Shown here in pieces: positions 1-14,079 of a stretch of DNA of 64,000 nt (the stretch's first letter is position 1; every line of letters starts with the position of its first letter). Location of the stretch: contig NC_086097.1 in NCBI RefSeq assembly GCF_963921235.1, positions 168,518,001-168,582,000 on the forward strand. Reading direction: 5' to 3'. A program made the position numbers and the translations under genes. The stretch is from Mobula hypostoma (taxonomy: Eukaryota). The notes beneath the pieces are model-generated. The model did no database searches. It was not told the DNA's origin and saw only the letters and a program-made list of their open reading frames with translations.

Positions 1-243
1 CCTTTCTTATTACTCAGTTCCATCCATAACGCCACACTAGGCGAGTTCTCCGGTCTGTCCTGACTGGGGACTGCTGTGACTTTTTTCCTGAATAGTAACA
101 CCATCCCTCCTCCTCTAATTCCTCTTGTTCTGTCTCGTTTAAAACAATGGAACCCCGAAACATTGAGCTACCAATACTGCCCCTCCAGCAACCAAGTCGC
201 AGTAATGTCTGCTATACCATAATTCCATGTCTTGATCCATACC
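1..243 (-). mobile_element. CR1-type LINE endonuclease fragment, decayed
   Basis: Reads ...WNYGIADITATWL..., like the APE-endonuclease ITETWL motif. Confidence 0.55.
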
Positions 244-1200
244 CTGATGATGTTGAACACTGAGCTGTAATCAATAAGCAGCAGCCTGATGTCCAGGTGA
301 ATCAAAGCTGAGTGGAAAGCCAGTAAGATTGCATTCACTATAGAGCTAGTGTGGGGATAGGCAAATTGCAATGGGTCCAGGTCCTTTCTTATGCAGGAGT
401 TAAGTCTAGCTAACTCTCAAAGCACTTCATTACAGTGGCTGTGAGTGCCACTGGGTGAGAGTCATTGAGGAAGCTCACCCTGATCTTCTTCAGCACTGGT
501 ATGATTGTTGCCCTTTTGAAACAGGTGGAAACCTCTGAATGAGAGATTGAAGATACCCTTCAACACGCCTCCCAGTTGGTTGGCACAGGTTTTCAGTGCT
601 CTACCAAGTACACCAACAGGGTCCGATGCTTGCAAGGATTTACCCTCTTGGAAGATGCTCCTAAGTCAGCCTCCAAGACAGAGATCACCAGAGGCTGCAG
701 GAAATCACTCAGGTGTAGTTTTATTCTTCCTTTAAGTGTGCATAAAAGGTGTCAAGCTCAGCTGGGAGTGAAGCATCACAGCCGTTCACGATAGTAGTTT
801 TTGCTTTGTAGGAAGTAATGGCCTGCAAACCCTGCCAAAGCTGAAGTGCACCCGAATCAGTTTCTGACCTCAGCTGGAATTGTTCTTTCACTTTTAAAGT
901 AGCATTCTGTAGGTCATCCTAGATGTCTTTTATAGTTCTGGATCACTGGTCTTGAAGGCCACGGATCTAGCCCTTAGCAGACTATGAATCTCCTGGTTCA
1001 TCCACAACTTTTCATTTGGGTATGTCCAGTACTTTCTCAAAGGCACACACTCATCTGCACAGGTCTCGATGAAGTCGATGACAACTGTGGCGTATTCATT
1101 CAGATTTTAAGATTAATCCCTGGATATTGTCCAGTCCACTGGTTCAATGCAGTCCTGCACATGTTCCTTCACCTCCCCAGACCATATCTTCTTGATCCTC
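244..1200 (-). mobile_element. Rex1/Babar-like LINE RT fragment, decayed
   Basis: QFAY...LHSAL.HLD..RLLLIDYSSVFNII; similar to the element at 19668-22280. Confidence 0.75.
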
Positions 1201-1209
1201 AACACTGAT

Positions 1210-1530
1210 AGATAGTGAGAATGCGAATAGTCTTTTAAGGAGTTGGGAATCAAGAACTAGGGGGCATAGGTTTAAGATGACAAGGGAAAGATTTAATAGG
1301 AGCCAGATGGTCATTTTTTTTTTTTTTTTACACAGAGGATGGTTTATATATAGAAATGAACTGCCAGAGAAAGTGGATGAGGCAGGTACAATAGCGAGTT
1401 GGACAGATACACGGATTGGAAAGCTTAAGAAGGATAGAGGCCAAATGTGGACAAATGGGGTGAACTTGGGTCTTGGTTGTCATGGACCAGCTGAGCCAAA
1501 GGGCCTGTTTCTATGTTGTATGACTTCATG
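1210..1530 (+). mobile_element. CR1 LINE 3' fragment
   Basis: CR1 ORF2 C-terminal and 3'UTR-like sequence (gggcataggtttaag...gggcctgtttct). Confidence 0.65.
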
Positions 1531-1977
1531 ACACTGCTAACAGAGGAGGAACCAAGTTGAAGGCATGATCTTCTGTTGAATTTTGTCACTGGTTTGCTTC
1601 AGCAGACCTCCGAGGGACTAATTGATAATGGAATTGGAAAAGGCAGGGAAAGTGTGAATGTCTCGATTTTGGAGGGATGTCTTCAGAGGAGTCAACGAAT
1701 CTCATTTAGGCAGTAAGAAAAAAAAACAGTAACATTCAACTAACCAAGCTTTGGTGAAATAGATGAAAGGCTTATCAACTAACACACATCAACAATAATT
1801 TCTTGTTAATCTGTTTTCTTCTTTTGAGAAATTATGACAAACAGATGCCGTATATCCTATGTTTGATAAACGTTTTCTCAACTGCCATCTGAACAAAGGT
1901 CACAAACAATACAGACATACGACAGGAGAGTGATAAGAGCGATTTGTGAGGATGCGTGAGGAAGGCATGAGGCGAAC

Positions 1978-2048
1978 CTTTTACAGAACTGGCAGGTATA
2001 CGACCAGGTGAAGATGGAGAACCTCTTCGTTCGGCAACAGAAACATAA
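1978..2048 (-). CDS. SPIRE1: SPIRE1 exon (about exon 15), 71 nt, [23 protein letters not shown](R) (start of FYVE-type zinc finger)
   Basis: ctctctacag|TTA...AAAAG|gttcgc, phase 0/2; two CxxC pairs; correct frame not in ORF track. Confidence 0.95.
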
Positions 2049-2872
2049 CTGTAGAGAGAGTAAGACTCACAGTTAGGACCATGTCATTAAATAGTCTGGG
2101 CTTACAAATGCAACTTTTTTCAGCTTGTATATGAATCACTGGCTGCTTGCTCTGGGCCATGTCCCTTCCTCTAGCAGGGTCCGAGGTAGAGTGGTCCACC
2201 GGGAGCCCCACTTACAGCTCATTGACGAGGCACAAGGTAGGACAAAGCAGAACAGCTTAGCTCCTCCTTCAGGGCGAGTGGCCAGCTACACTCTCAGAGC
2301 GGCATCGGTGGTTGTGGAGGCAGACTCCTCCCACCCCACAAGGATCACCAGCTGTCAAAGCTGTTAGTGATACTGAATTGAAAAACAAAAAAAACCCCAG
2401 CAGATGATGGAATCTGAAATAAAAACAGAAAACACTGTGGATGACACTTCAGATTTCTGATGAAAAGCCTTCAGCCTGAAAAATTCTCTCTCCAGAGATG
2501 CTGTCAGAACAGCTGTTAACCTAGCAATTTTTTGTTTTTCTTCATTAATTCATTTTTTTGACATTCATAAACATTCAAGTTCATTTACACTCTGTTAAAC
2601 TTTGGAATTAGAATTGGTTTATTATTGTCACATGTACCAAGGTACAGTGAAAAGCTTGTCTTGCATACTATTCATTCAGATCAAATCATTACACGGTACA
2701 TTGAGGTAGAACAAGGTCCAACAATAACAGTGCAGAATAAAGCATAACAGCTATCGGGAAAGTTTTATAGAATTTTAAAATTACTGCAAATTAATCAAAA
2801 GACCCTGCCTGACTTTCTCCTGGTATCTGATATACTTCTGAGGAGTCTACTGTCTAGAAAGTGGGTTCAACA

Positions 2873-3515
2873 AGACATAAGACCATAAGACAAAGGAGCA
2901 GAAGCCAGCCATTCAGCCCATCGAGTCTGCTCCGCCATTTTATCTTGAGCTGATCCATTCTCCCATTTAGTCCCACTCCCCTGCCTTCTCACCATAACCT
3001 TTGATGCCCTGGCTACTCAGATACCTATCAATCTCTGCCTTAAATACACCCAATGACTTGGCCTCCACTGCTGCCCGTGGCAACAAATTCCATAGATTCA
3101 CCACCCTCTGACTAAAAAAATTTCTTCGCATTTCTGTTCTGAATGGGCGCCCTTCAATCCTTAAGTCATGCCCTCTCATACTAGACTCCCCCATCATGGG
3201 AAACAACTTTGCCACATCCACTCTGTCCATGACTTTCAACATTCGAAATGTTTCTATGAGGTCTCCCCTCATTCTTCTAAACTCCAAGGAATACAGTCCA
3301 AGAGCGGACAAACGTTCCTCATATGTTAACCCTCTCATTCCCGGAATCATTCTAGTGAATCTTCTCTGTACCCTCTCCAACGTCAGCACATCCTTTCTTA
3401 AATAAGGAGACCAAAACTGCCCACAGTACTCCAAGTGAGGTCTCACCAGTGCCTTATAGAGCCTCAACATCACATCCCTGCTCCTATACTCTATTCCTCT
3501 AGAAATTAATGCCAA
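2873..3515 (-). mobile_element. 5'-truncated CR1 LINE with an uninterrupted 182-aa ORF2 C-terminus
   Basis: LYKALVRPHLEYC..FWSPY...RMRGDLIETF...FFSQRVVNLWN; 3' tail tcttatggtcttatg. Confidence 0.92.
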
Positions 3516-4399
3516 TTATGTGTGAAGTTTACCCTATTTGTACACCTCACAAGTTTAAACAAATATTCTTTGCTTCTTTTGATTTGAACTTATTTCTTAC
3601 ATCCTTCACATACATGAGGGGTAAAAATCTTTACGTTGCGTCTCTGTCTAAATGTGCAATGTGCAATCATAGTAATTTATAATTTATAATAAATAGAACA
3701 GAATGCTATTCAAACAATCGTGAGGTGGCTTTTTCTTTCATTCAATTAAATTGTGGCTCAACTCCATTTTCCCACCCTGCCTCTGTAACTTTCAAATGAC
3801 ATAAAAAATCTCTCAACACACTTTGAAATTTTTTTCGGGGGGGGGAGGCTGTTCTGAATTTCTACTGTTCCAAGAGTAGGGAAATACAGCCTAAAGCCAG
3901 TGCATAATGTCCTGGCTCTGATGATAAGTTGGTGTCCTCTTACTCGCATTTTCTTATTAGAAAGAACACATTCTCCCCACCTTTCTCTTCAGCTTTTCTC
4001 ATCATCTCTGTCACCTCTTATTGATATGTTCTTAGGCCTAACCTATGCAACTAATCCTTGTAAAATAACTTGTGCTGACCAGCTCAGTAACACAATCACT
4101 ATATCCCAAGCTGGCAATGTTGGTGCACAACATTATTCTGTGTGATTTGACCACAGTTGTGTTCATGAGGTGTTAAAGATGGAAGTTTAGACTATATACG
4201 GCATGAAGATGAGGGAAAGCCACAGCAGAGGGTTTGCCGAATGGACTCCCAGAACAAGGGAGTGCATTGAAAGAGTTAAGCTTCCAAGGACAATTCTGGT
4301 AAGCCTATGCATCACATTGTTTTGGATGAGCATCTCCCTCAGAATTAAACATGAGTACTGCATAAATAATCCACTGTACTAATCCAGCAACTTTAGGAT

Positions 4400-5645
4400 G
4401 AGGCTTTCCTTTCCTGGAGATTAGAGATGTCCTCCTCCTACAAAGAATGGGGTTTTCTTTCCTCCATCGTTGATGCTGCCCTCACCCACATCTTCTCCAT
4501 TTCCCCAACATCCACGCTCAGCCCACCTTCCCACCACTTTAACAGGGATAGAGTTCCTCTTGTTCTCACCTACCATCCCAGGTGCCCTTGCATCTAACAC
4601 ATCATTTTCTGCAATGTCTGCCATCTTCAGTGGGACCACAACGACTGCTTCCTCTGTGATTCCCTAATATGTTCATCCCTCGCCACTAAGCTCCCTCCTG
4701 GCACATACCCCTGCAAGTGACAGAAGTGCGTAACTTCCTCCCTCACCTCCATTCAGTCCCTCCAGGTGAGACAACACTTCACCTGAAAAGCTTTTGGGGT
4801 CATCTCTTGTATCCGGTGCTTCCAATATGTCTCCTTTACATTGGTGAGAATCAACATAGACTGGGGGACCGCTTTGTCGAGCACCTTAGCTCCATCCACA
4901 AAAAGCAGGATTTCTGAGTGGCCAACCATTTCAATTCCAATCCCCATTCCCATTCCATCATATTGGTCCATGGTTCCTGAGAGTGCCACGATGAATGCAC
5001 TCTCAGGTTGGTATTCCGCCTTGCTAGCCTCCAACCTGATGGCATGAACATCAATTTTCAGAATCAGGTTTAATGTTATCAGCATATGTCATGAAATTTG
5101 TTGTCTTTTTGGCAGCAGTACAATGCAATACATAATAATAGAGAAAGAAAAAGAATTAGAATAAATAAATACATAAAATAGTGGAATTAAATAAGCAGTG
5201 CAAAAATAAAAAAATATAGTGAGCAGTGGAGCAGGAAGCTTTCCAACTTCTGGTAATTTTTTTCCCCCTCCACCTTCCCTCGTTTTCATTTCCCCAGTCT
5301 GGCCTCTTACCTCTTCTCCTCACCTGCCTATGACCTCCCTCTGATGCCCCTCCTTAACTTTCTCCCATGATCCACTCTGTTCTTCTATCAGATTTCTTCT
5401 GCAGCCCTTTAACTTTTCCATTTATCACTTCCCAGCTTCTCACTTCATCCCCCTTTCCAACCCATCTGGCTTCAACAATCAGCTTCTAGTTTGTCCTCCT
5501 TTCCCCTCCACCCACCTACTTATTCTGGCGCCTTCCCCCTTCCTTTCCAATCCCGATGAAGGGTCTTGGCCTGAGATGTCGATTATTTATTTACATAGAT
5601 GCTCTCTGACCTGCTGAGTTCCTCCAGCAATTTTTGTGTGTAACC
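4400..5645 (+). mobile_element. Penelope-like element fragment (GIY-YIG region), interrupted by a Rex-type 3' tail at about 5058-5225
   Basis: LYIGENQHRLGDRFVEHL; terminal gatgaagggtct...ctgctgagttcctccagca motif shared with other copies in the window. Confidence 0.8.
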
Positions 5646-6004
5646 CTAAGTTAAACCCTGAACCCCAGTACATGGAGTTTTCATGTGGTCATATGAACTT
5701 TGCCCCACTTCATCTTCCAAATCTGAAAGATGTGGCAATTTGTTGGTTAATTGAATAGTTTGCTGAAAGGTAGATAGGAAGGTGAAGAAGGCATTTATCA
5801 AGTTAGCCTCCATCAGTCAGGGAGTTGACTACAAGAGACTATGTTGCAGTTGTACAACCTAGTATTATTTTAGAGGGTTGAGATTTGTTAAGAATCAACT
5901 ACATTATTGGGTACAGAGTCACATATGCTGGAGACAGCGCAAAGGAGATTCACCTGGATTGGCAGACCTTAGTTAGGGGAAAGATTGGATATGTTGGAAC
6001 AAAG

Positions 6005-6875
6005 TATCATAAAGCCAAAAGACTTATGAGCAGAATTAGGCCATTTGATCAGGGACAAGTTATTGATTCCCTCTCAATCCCATTCTTCCACCTTCTTCCC
6101 ATAATCTTTGACACCCTTACAAATTAAGAACCTATTGATCTCTGCTTTAAATATCCCCAGTGAGTTGGCCTGTGGCAATGAATTCTACCGATTCACCACC
6201 CTCTGGCTGAGGAAGTTCCTCCATCTCTGTTCTAAAGGGTTGTCCTTCTATTCTGAGGGGATGTCCCAGACTCTCCCACAATTGGAAACTTCCTCTCCAC
6301 ATCTACTCTATCTAGGCCTTTCAATATTTGGTAAGTTTCAATGAGATCTCCCACTTATTCTTCTAATCTCCTTCAAGCACAGACCCATAGCTATCAAATA
6401 CTCCTCGTACATTGACCCCTTCATTGCCAGGATCATTCTCATAAACCTCCTCTGGACTCTCTCAAAAGACTTAGATACGGGACCCAACACTGCTCAGAAT
6501 ACTCCAAATGTGGTCCAACCAAAATCTTAGGAAGTAAGCTGAGGGCTGATCTGATAAGGTTATATAAAATTATAACAGGAATAGATGAAGTGCTCAGTCG
6601 CACGATAGAGGTGTTAAAAAGAAGAAGGCAGAGGTTTACGGTGAGAGGAAGGGGTTTGTAAAAGGGATTTGAGGGGAACTTTTGACAGAAAGTGGTTGAT
6701 ATCAGGAACTCATTGCGAGAGGATATGGTGGAATCAGAGACCCTTATGTTTAAGAAACACTTAGAGATTTGAATAAACAAGGCATAGCAGTTTATTTTGA
6801 ATTAATGGGATTAGTGTAGAAAGGTAAAAAGGTCTGTCAGGATAGGCCAAAGTGTGTGCAGTACAACTCTATGAC
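6005..6875. mobile_element. Two divergently oriented decayed CR1 3' fragments (minus about 6005-6520, plus about 6535-6875)
   Basis: PHLEYSEQCWVPYL on minus; ctgagggctgatctgata...gaggtttacggtgagagg on plus. Confidence 0.65.
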
Positions 6876-7719
6876 ATTAGATCAGAAAATGAGAGTGGAT
6901 TACCTTCCCTCAAGGATATTATTAAGCGAAACACGGTTAATGATAATCTATTAGCTTTATAAAAACTATATGGAAGCTTATTTATTTAACTGATTTAGTT
7001 GTAATTCGCAGCAGTAGTAGGATTTGAATTCACATTGATAGTCAATTCTCCAGCCTTTGGATACTGGAACAGAAACATGAATTAAGTAGGTGTTTAAGAG
7101 TTGCCTGAAACACTCAACTGGTCTGGTCAATAAACAACATGAGATTTTAGAGAACTAAACTATTTTCCATTTCTATTTTTGAGAAATGAGCATATGACAC
7201 AATGACTCAAAATTCCCATGACAAGCATTTTCTCGGTTGGACTATTAATCCGAAACCACCTGATCACTGAACTAACTTGTAGTCCACATTCCCCTCAGAG
7301 ATTCTCATTTTTAATCTAAGAGAAAATAACTGTAAAGGAGTTTGGAGTCTGGATTGGAAAATAAATGGAGCATTCTGGTATCCATGCCACTCATGTGGGG
7401 GGAAAGCCAGTAAGATAACTAATTTCCAAGAATATTAGAGAGAAAAGCAGACTTGCCTTTGTATAGTGCCTTTCATCCCAAAGTGTTTTATAATCAAATT
7501 ATTTTGAAAGGTGATTAGGGTTGTGTGCACACAGTAGATAATTTGGGCACAGCAAGCTTCCACTAAAGCAATGTGATCTTGAGGAGGTAATTTGTTTGCT
7601 GAGAGATAACCATAGTGTAGGTCACCAGCGACAAGTCTCCTGCTCTTCTTCAGCAGAAGAGCCTACAGAATACACTACCTGTATGTGCAGACAGGGCCTT
7701 GGTTTCTCTCATCATTGAA

Positions 7720-8150
7720 TAGTACAGTACAGCACAGCACGGGAACAGGTCCTTCAGCGTACGGTGCATGTGCTGAACATGATGTCAAAATAAACAAAGT
7801 ATCATCTGCCAGCACAAGATCCACATCCCTCTATTACCTCCACATTCTATCTAAAAGCCTCTCAAACACCTACATCATATCTACTTCCACCATCACCCCT
7901 GACAGCAGGTTCCCGGCACCCAACACTTCCTCTGTAAACAACCCTGCCTTGCACGTTTCCTTTAAGCATTCTGCCCCTCACCGTAAATGCACGGACTCTA
8001 GTATCTGAAATTTCAATCCTGGAGTTAAAGATCCAAACTGCCTACTCGATCTACGTCTCTCACAATTCTATACACTTCAGTCGGGTCTCCCCTCAGCCTC
8101 CAGTGTTCCAGAGACAACATCCCAAGTTTGTCCAAACTAATGATCCTAAT
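7720..8150 (-). mobile_element. CR1 3' fragment
   Basis: LDKLGMLSLEHWRLRGDPTEVYRIVR. Confidence 0.75.
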
Positions 8151-8828
8151 TGTGTCACCACAGAGACCGCAGCACTCCCACTGTAATGCAAAGATGAACA
8201 ATATGCTCAAGTATCTGGACAGGGACTTGAACGCACATCTTCCTTACTCAAGGGCAACAGCACATCCCTTTCAACCGTAGATGACAGCCAGCTTTCAAGT
8301 CAATTAGCTGCCAATCCCAAAAGCTTTTAAATTCTTGCTTTAAAAGGTTCATTTTTCCTAAATAAATGGAATTAATTTATTTAGCACTTGTCCTGTTTTC
8401 TTTTATGACTTAACAATTCAAGTGCTTAAGAAGGAGGCAGAAGTGTGGCATGGTAGACATAGACTTCAGCATGGCTGTACAGATGTCAAGAAATTTCTCA
8501 TAAAAGAGGGGCCTAAAACTCGATGGCAAAGGTTAAAGGAAAGGGGTAGGAGATTAGAGGGGGCCTGAAGAATAGTTTCATCCAGGGGCTCATTGCCATC
8601 TTAATCACACAGCCCGAGGGGGTGACGGGGGCAGAATATTTGCAGTTTCTCTTCCTTTGCACAAGGTTGTTCATTAGTCTATGTATAGCTTTTCATAAAT
8701 TCTATTTCTTTTTTCCCCTGTAAATACCTGCAAGCAAATGAATCTCAAGTTTGTATATGGTAACATATATGTACTTTGATAATAAATTACCATTGGATTT
8801 TTAAGAAGTATCTAGATGAGAACTTGAA

Positions 8829-9735
8829 TCACAAGTCAAATTTATTTATATAGCACATTTGAAAACAACCCACGTTGACCAAAGTGCTGTACAGATCAGA
8901 GCAGATAGCTAAAATCACAAATACAAGAAACAGACATAACCAATAAGGCAAACAGCTTATTAGCACAAAAGAAACAACACAAGGGCCAAGGCACAAGCCA
9001 AAAACCAGCCACATCAGTAGGATTCAAACGCTAGTGAATAAAAGTATGTTTTGAGCCTGGATTTAAAAGTCGATGGAAGGGGCAGATCTGATAGGGAGGG
9101 GAATGCTGTTCCACAGTCTGGGGGCTACAATAGCAAAGGCGTGGTCACCCTTGAGCTTAAGTTTAGATGGCGGGACAGCCAGGAGCTCCAAGTCAGCCGA
9201 CCTGAGGGACCTGGAAGTAGAATAAGGGGTTAGAAGGTCTGTGATATAAGGGGGAACCAGCCCATTTAGGGCTTTATAAACAAACAGGAGAATCTTAAAA
9301 TCAATTCTAAACCATACTGGCAGCCAGTGGAGAGAGGCCGGGATAGGAGTAATATGGTCCCTCTTCCGGGCACCTGTCAGGAGCCTGGATGCGGCATTCT
9401 GGACCATTTGCAGGGATGACTGACAAATCCCAGTATACAGGGAGTTGGAGTAGTCCAAGCGGGAGGATATAAGGGCGTGGATGACTTTCTCGAGATCTTT
9501 GAAAGAAAGAAACTGCTTGATTTTGGCAATAGTACGAAGCTGGAAAAAAATGGCTTTTACTACTGCATTAACTCGCTTGTCAAACTTAAAGGCAAATCAA
9601 ATATCACACCAAGGGAATTAACATGGGGTTTGACAAGGGTGGACAAGTTACCAAGGCTGTTGGTAATCACTTTGATGGAGTCAGGGGGGCCAAATGGGAC
9701 AACTTCAGACTTGCCTTCATTCAGCTGTAAGAAGT
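8829..9735 (-). mobile_element. L2-clade LINE, 5'-truncated
   Basis: FLQLNEGKSE...LGVIFD; DYSNSL...LQMVQNAASRLLTG...HITP..ASLHWLPV.FRIDFKILL.VYKALNG; tail cactttggtcaac...gtgctatataaataaa. Confidence 0.9.
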
Positions 9736-9814
9736 ACACAAGAGACAAAATGCACAAGCACAAGATGTCTAGTATCAGAGGGCATGCATTCAAAGTGAGA
9801 GGGTAAGTTCAAAG

Positions 9815-10380
9815 GAGCAGGCTCCTGAAGCCTGTCATGGCCAGGGGAAGAGAGGGAATAAGCTCCCACTACCTATCAAATGCTCCCAATGGCATGCTTC
9901 TTAAACAGCCTCTGACAACCAAGTCCAGCTTCTGGCCTTCACTCTGGTTTCATTCCGAAGCCTGATGGAACCATTTCTACTGACAGGAGAAGGGGCAAAG
10001 GCGAGTTATTGGCACCTTATAACCAGTCGCTTCGGACATATGGGGCTCCTCAGCTGTGTTTTGCAGCTCCTCTGGGGAAAAAAATAACTGATCTCTAATT
10101 TCCTGCCTTGCGGCTGTACCCACTCATGGAAAAGGCTTTGGCTGCAAACTCCAAGGAAAATTCTGGAGCTGGAGTCCCCACGGCAGTCCTCTGTTGAGGT
10201 CCACGCTGAATGGCAGCTCGTGCAACATCACTGGTGCAAAACTGTACTGGTCTCTGACGTTCCTTTGCACTCATCAGCTGCGTGGGGAGGAAGAGCCATT
10301 CCTCTCCATATCGCACTGCGTATCACGTAGACAGTTAGGATGCAACATCAATGGCTGAACCTGACCAAGGGACGGCCTCA
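9815..10380 (+). mobile_element. Non-autonomous RTE-related element inserted in a CR1 fragment
   Basis: Non-coding; 3' half resembles the tail of the SINE at 58488-58789; splits CR1 sequence ttcaaaggag | ...ggggcaagtt; RTE assignment is from recall. Confidence 0.5.
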
Positions 10381-11402
10381 AGTTGTGGGGCAAGTTGTTT
10401 TAAATTTTACAGAGAGTGGTGGGTCCCTGGACTGTGCTGCCAAGGCTGGTAGTGGAAGTAAATACTTAGGCAAATGAACGTGTAAAGAATGGAAGAATAT
10501 TGTCATTTTGTAGGCAGACAGGACTAATTTAGTTAGACGTTTAGTTACTAATTTAATTAGTTTGGCACACTATTATCTGAATGGCCTGTTCCTGTGCTTT
10601 GTGTCCTAGACTACAAACTAATGCCGGTAAATGGTTACTTGATAATCAGCATAAACATGATAGCATGAATAGCCTTTCTCTGTTCTGCATTAATGGCCGC
10701 CGGGGCTCCTGTGCGGGGTCACACCGGTGTCACGAGGCCAGCTGCTTCTCCCTGAATGGGACGCTCCTGCTTACACTCGCTACCCTTTACCCGCCCGCAA
10801 GGAGGATTACATGCAGTAGATGTCTTCCTTACTGAGTCAGATGTCAGCACGTGGGTGGTAGGATGTGAAGAATAGAGGAAGTGAGCTTGAAATGACAAGG
10901 CAGTAGGAAAGAACTCAGGAACAACGGAAACACAGAGTAACCCTGACAGCAGTCTGAAAGAGAGATTATCAGACTGATGACTGCTTCGTGTTCACTCATT
11001 TCGCTCATCACACATATTTGCCTTCAACCATTTGGCTCTTGAACCAAGCCTGATCACTACCGCACTATGGCCATTTCGCACTACACAGGACAGTGCCTCA
11101 TGACGTGCCTCGCAAAAGGCAAGTAGGTGGAGTTGAGGCCACATGCTGATCAGCCATGATCTTTTTGAATGGTGGAGCAGGCTCCACAGGCCAAATAGTT
11201 CACCTCTGCTCCTTTTTCTTATGTTGCCTGGGATGGAACATTCCAGTTATAAGGAGCGACTGGATCAGCTGGGTGTGTTTTCGCTGGACCAGAGCAGTGA
11301 CCTGATAGAGGTATACAAAACTATGAAGGGGTTAAATGGGGAAGGCAGCAGGATTTTTTTCCCTCTAGGTCGGGGAGTCTAAAACAAGAGGATATAGGTA
11401 TA

Positions 11403-11641
11403 GGAGGGAGAGAGGGAACGTTGACCCAGACCATGAGAGGCCTGTGTCAGGCATTTTCATGCCTTACAAGGTGCAGATTGGAAGTCTGTGCAGGGGGCCA
11501 CTCCTTGCACAGACACTAGAGCAACGTGTGGTTAAGTGTCTTGCTCAAGAGAGCAAACATGTTGCCACAGCTGAGGCTCGAACTAGTGACCTTCAGATCA
11601 CTAGACGAATGCCTTAACCATTTGGCCATGTGCCCAACACG
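11403..11641 (-). mobile_element. tRNA-derived SINE with CORE-like domain and 8-bp TSD
   Basis: A box tggccaaatgg, B box agttcgagcc, cttgagcaagacacttaac; TAGGTATA repeated at 11395-11402 and 11642-11649. Confidence 0.8.
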
Positions 11642-12007
11642 TAGGTATAAGTGGAGAGGTAAAACGTAGAGGACACCTGAACGGGTAATTTTTCACCCAG
11701 AGAGTAGCTAGAATTAGGAATTCATCAGCCAAGGTAGTGGTGGAGACAGGTACCTTCCCAATACATAAGAAGCAACTAGACAAACAGTTGAATTGCCAAG
11801 GCATATGAACAAAATGTGGGTATGGGAGAATTAGGTAAGCCTAGTGGTTAGCATGAACTTGGTGGGCAGAAAGGCCTGTGTCTGTGCTGTACAACCTGAT
11901 GTTTCTACTTTGAAGAGGAGCAGGGGAAATATTCCCAGTGTCCAAGCCATTCTTTTATTACTTCATCAACATGAAAAAGTATTTTGTCCATTGTATATTG
12001 ATGTTTA

Positions 12008-12375
12008 GACCACAAGACCATTAGATATAGGAACAGAATTAGGCCATTTAGTCCATTGAGCCTGCTCCGCCATTTCATCATGGCTTTTCCATTTTCCCAC
12101 TCAGCCCCAATCTCCTTTCTTCACCTTGTATCTCTTCGTGCCCTGATTAATCAAGAATCTATCAACCTCCGCCTTAAATATACATAAAGATGTGGCCTTT
12201 CACAGCTGCCTGTGGAAATGAATTCCACAGATTCACCATTCTCTGGCTAAAGAAATTCCTCCTCATTTCTGTTCTAAAAGGATGCCCCTCCATTTTGAGG
12301 CTGTGTCCTCTGGTCAGACTCTCCCACCATAGGAAACATCTTCTCCACATTCACTCTGTCAAAGCCTTCCAATTT
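12008..12375 (-). mobile_element. CR1 3' end
   Basis: Similar to the CR1 copies at 2873-3515 and 53601-54277, including the 3' tail. Confidence 0.8.
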
Positions 12376-13529
12376 TTTGATGAGAGTTTGCTCTGCACTA
12401 AGCAGATGGCAAATTTCACCATGTTTTGAATTTCACTATGTTTCAAATTATAAAAGTACTGTTTGATTATACTTTCTCAGGATACAAAGCCTCTATATTT
12501 CCCTCTCTGCAGACTAACTCTGCTATCATTGCAGCATTTATGTCCATTTGTGAAAGAATTGCTCCAGACACATTGTTTGCTTCACTGCGAGGTCTTCCGT
12601 TGAACAACTTGGTTACCAGGTTTGGTCCTGGAATCTGATTCACACTGAGCCATTAACAACCTTCCCACCATACACAAGGCCTAAGCCAACAACGTGGTGG
12701 AAGAAACTTCACTTACCTGGGTGAGTGCAGATCCAACGGAGAAGTCTGATACCATTTACCCACTCTGGCTGGTATCCCACATGCCAACCTGACCATTCAC
12801 TCTCTCCACCACCAGCTGCACAAAGGCTGTAGTGTGCACTGCACTTCCTCACTTCACCACAACTCTCAACCCCACAACCTCTACCCCAGGAAGGACAAGG
12901 GGAAACGGGCACACCACCATCTTCTGAGGTTGCACCACAGCTGACATGAAAATGTACCACGGTTAATTCATTTCCACTAGGTCTACATCCTGGAACTTCC
13001 TCCTCTATGGCACCAAGGGAGTACGTCCACCCGAGGACTACAGCAGTTCATGCCAGTTACTCACTATCACCTTCTCAAGAGCAATTAAGGCTGGGCAAAT
13101 AAATGGCAGCCTTGTCAGTGATGCACAGATAGTCGCAAAGAAAAATATGCCCCAGTAACCTCACAGCATCCACTAGTAACAGGACTGTGTGCAGCTGAAC
13201 CCCAGTGTGTAAATGGTTAGGAAGCCCAGTCGTGTCTCACTAGCTACTTTCATGGAACAGAGGGAAGTACAGCACAGGTGTTCTCTTCGACCTTAAACAT
13301 GAGCTGTTACTCTCTGCACAGACCATGTCTCACCTGCTGCATTCCCATCATTTTCTGGCATTATTTCAGATTTCCTGCATCTGCAGTTTTAAAAAATTCT
13401 TTGTCACATGACATCTGACTGCAGGACTCCGACATGCAGTTGGAAAGAGAAGTACAAGAAAGTGTTTTTTTTTTAAAAAAAGTTAGTAAAACATGAACCA
13501 GTTCATGCTGGTCAGAGTAATTTCCTAAC

Positions 13530-13667
13530 CTTCCCCTTCTTCAAGGCAGTGTAGATATCTTTGTATTGCTGGTACTTCTCGAGTTCCGCTTTCACCAGGA
13601 CCTGACGAATGTGCATCACTTCCTCCACTGTCAGAGCCAAGCATTCTACCGGGTAACAGAACTCCTC
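13530..13667 (-). CDS. SPIRE1: SPIRE1 exon (about exon 14), 138 nt, [46 protein letters not shown] (Spir-box)
   Basis: ttacag|GAG...AAG|gttagg, phase 0/0; matches recalled SPIRE1 Spir-box peptide. Confidence 0.97.
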
Positions 13668-14079
13668 CTGTAACACATCAGTGACTTTCAAAGCCATCCC
13701 TTGGCAGTGCAATATTCAACCAATTTTATTCTTAATTTACGATAACTATTGCTGTGGCAAAATCAATATACAGTAAATAAAATCAGGGAAGGTGGATAAT
13801 AGATACACAGGCACCGCACATTGCCTCAGAGAACACACTCAAACATATGAGTATGTTCATTTTGAATACTAGCACATAGAGACAGATTCATGACCTCGCA
13901 ATCTACCTCATTATGACCTCGTACGCATTGTCTGTGTGTTTGTAACCGTAATACTATTCTCCATTTGGTTATTGTTTGCCTCCTGAACTACCCCAATGCA
14001 CTGTTGTAATGAAATTACCTGTATAGATGGCACGTACCTTGCTACATGTGACAATAATAAATCAGTAAAAATACATGGA

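Noticed and set aside
6005..6875. Twin-priming 5' inversion of a single CR1
   Set aside because: Both arms contain 3' ends and overlapping ORF2 regions, which fits two independent insertions
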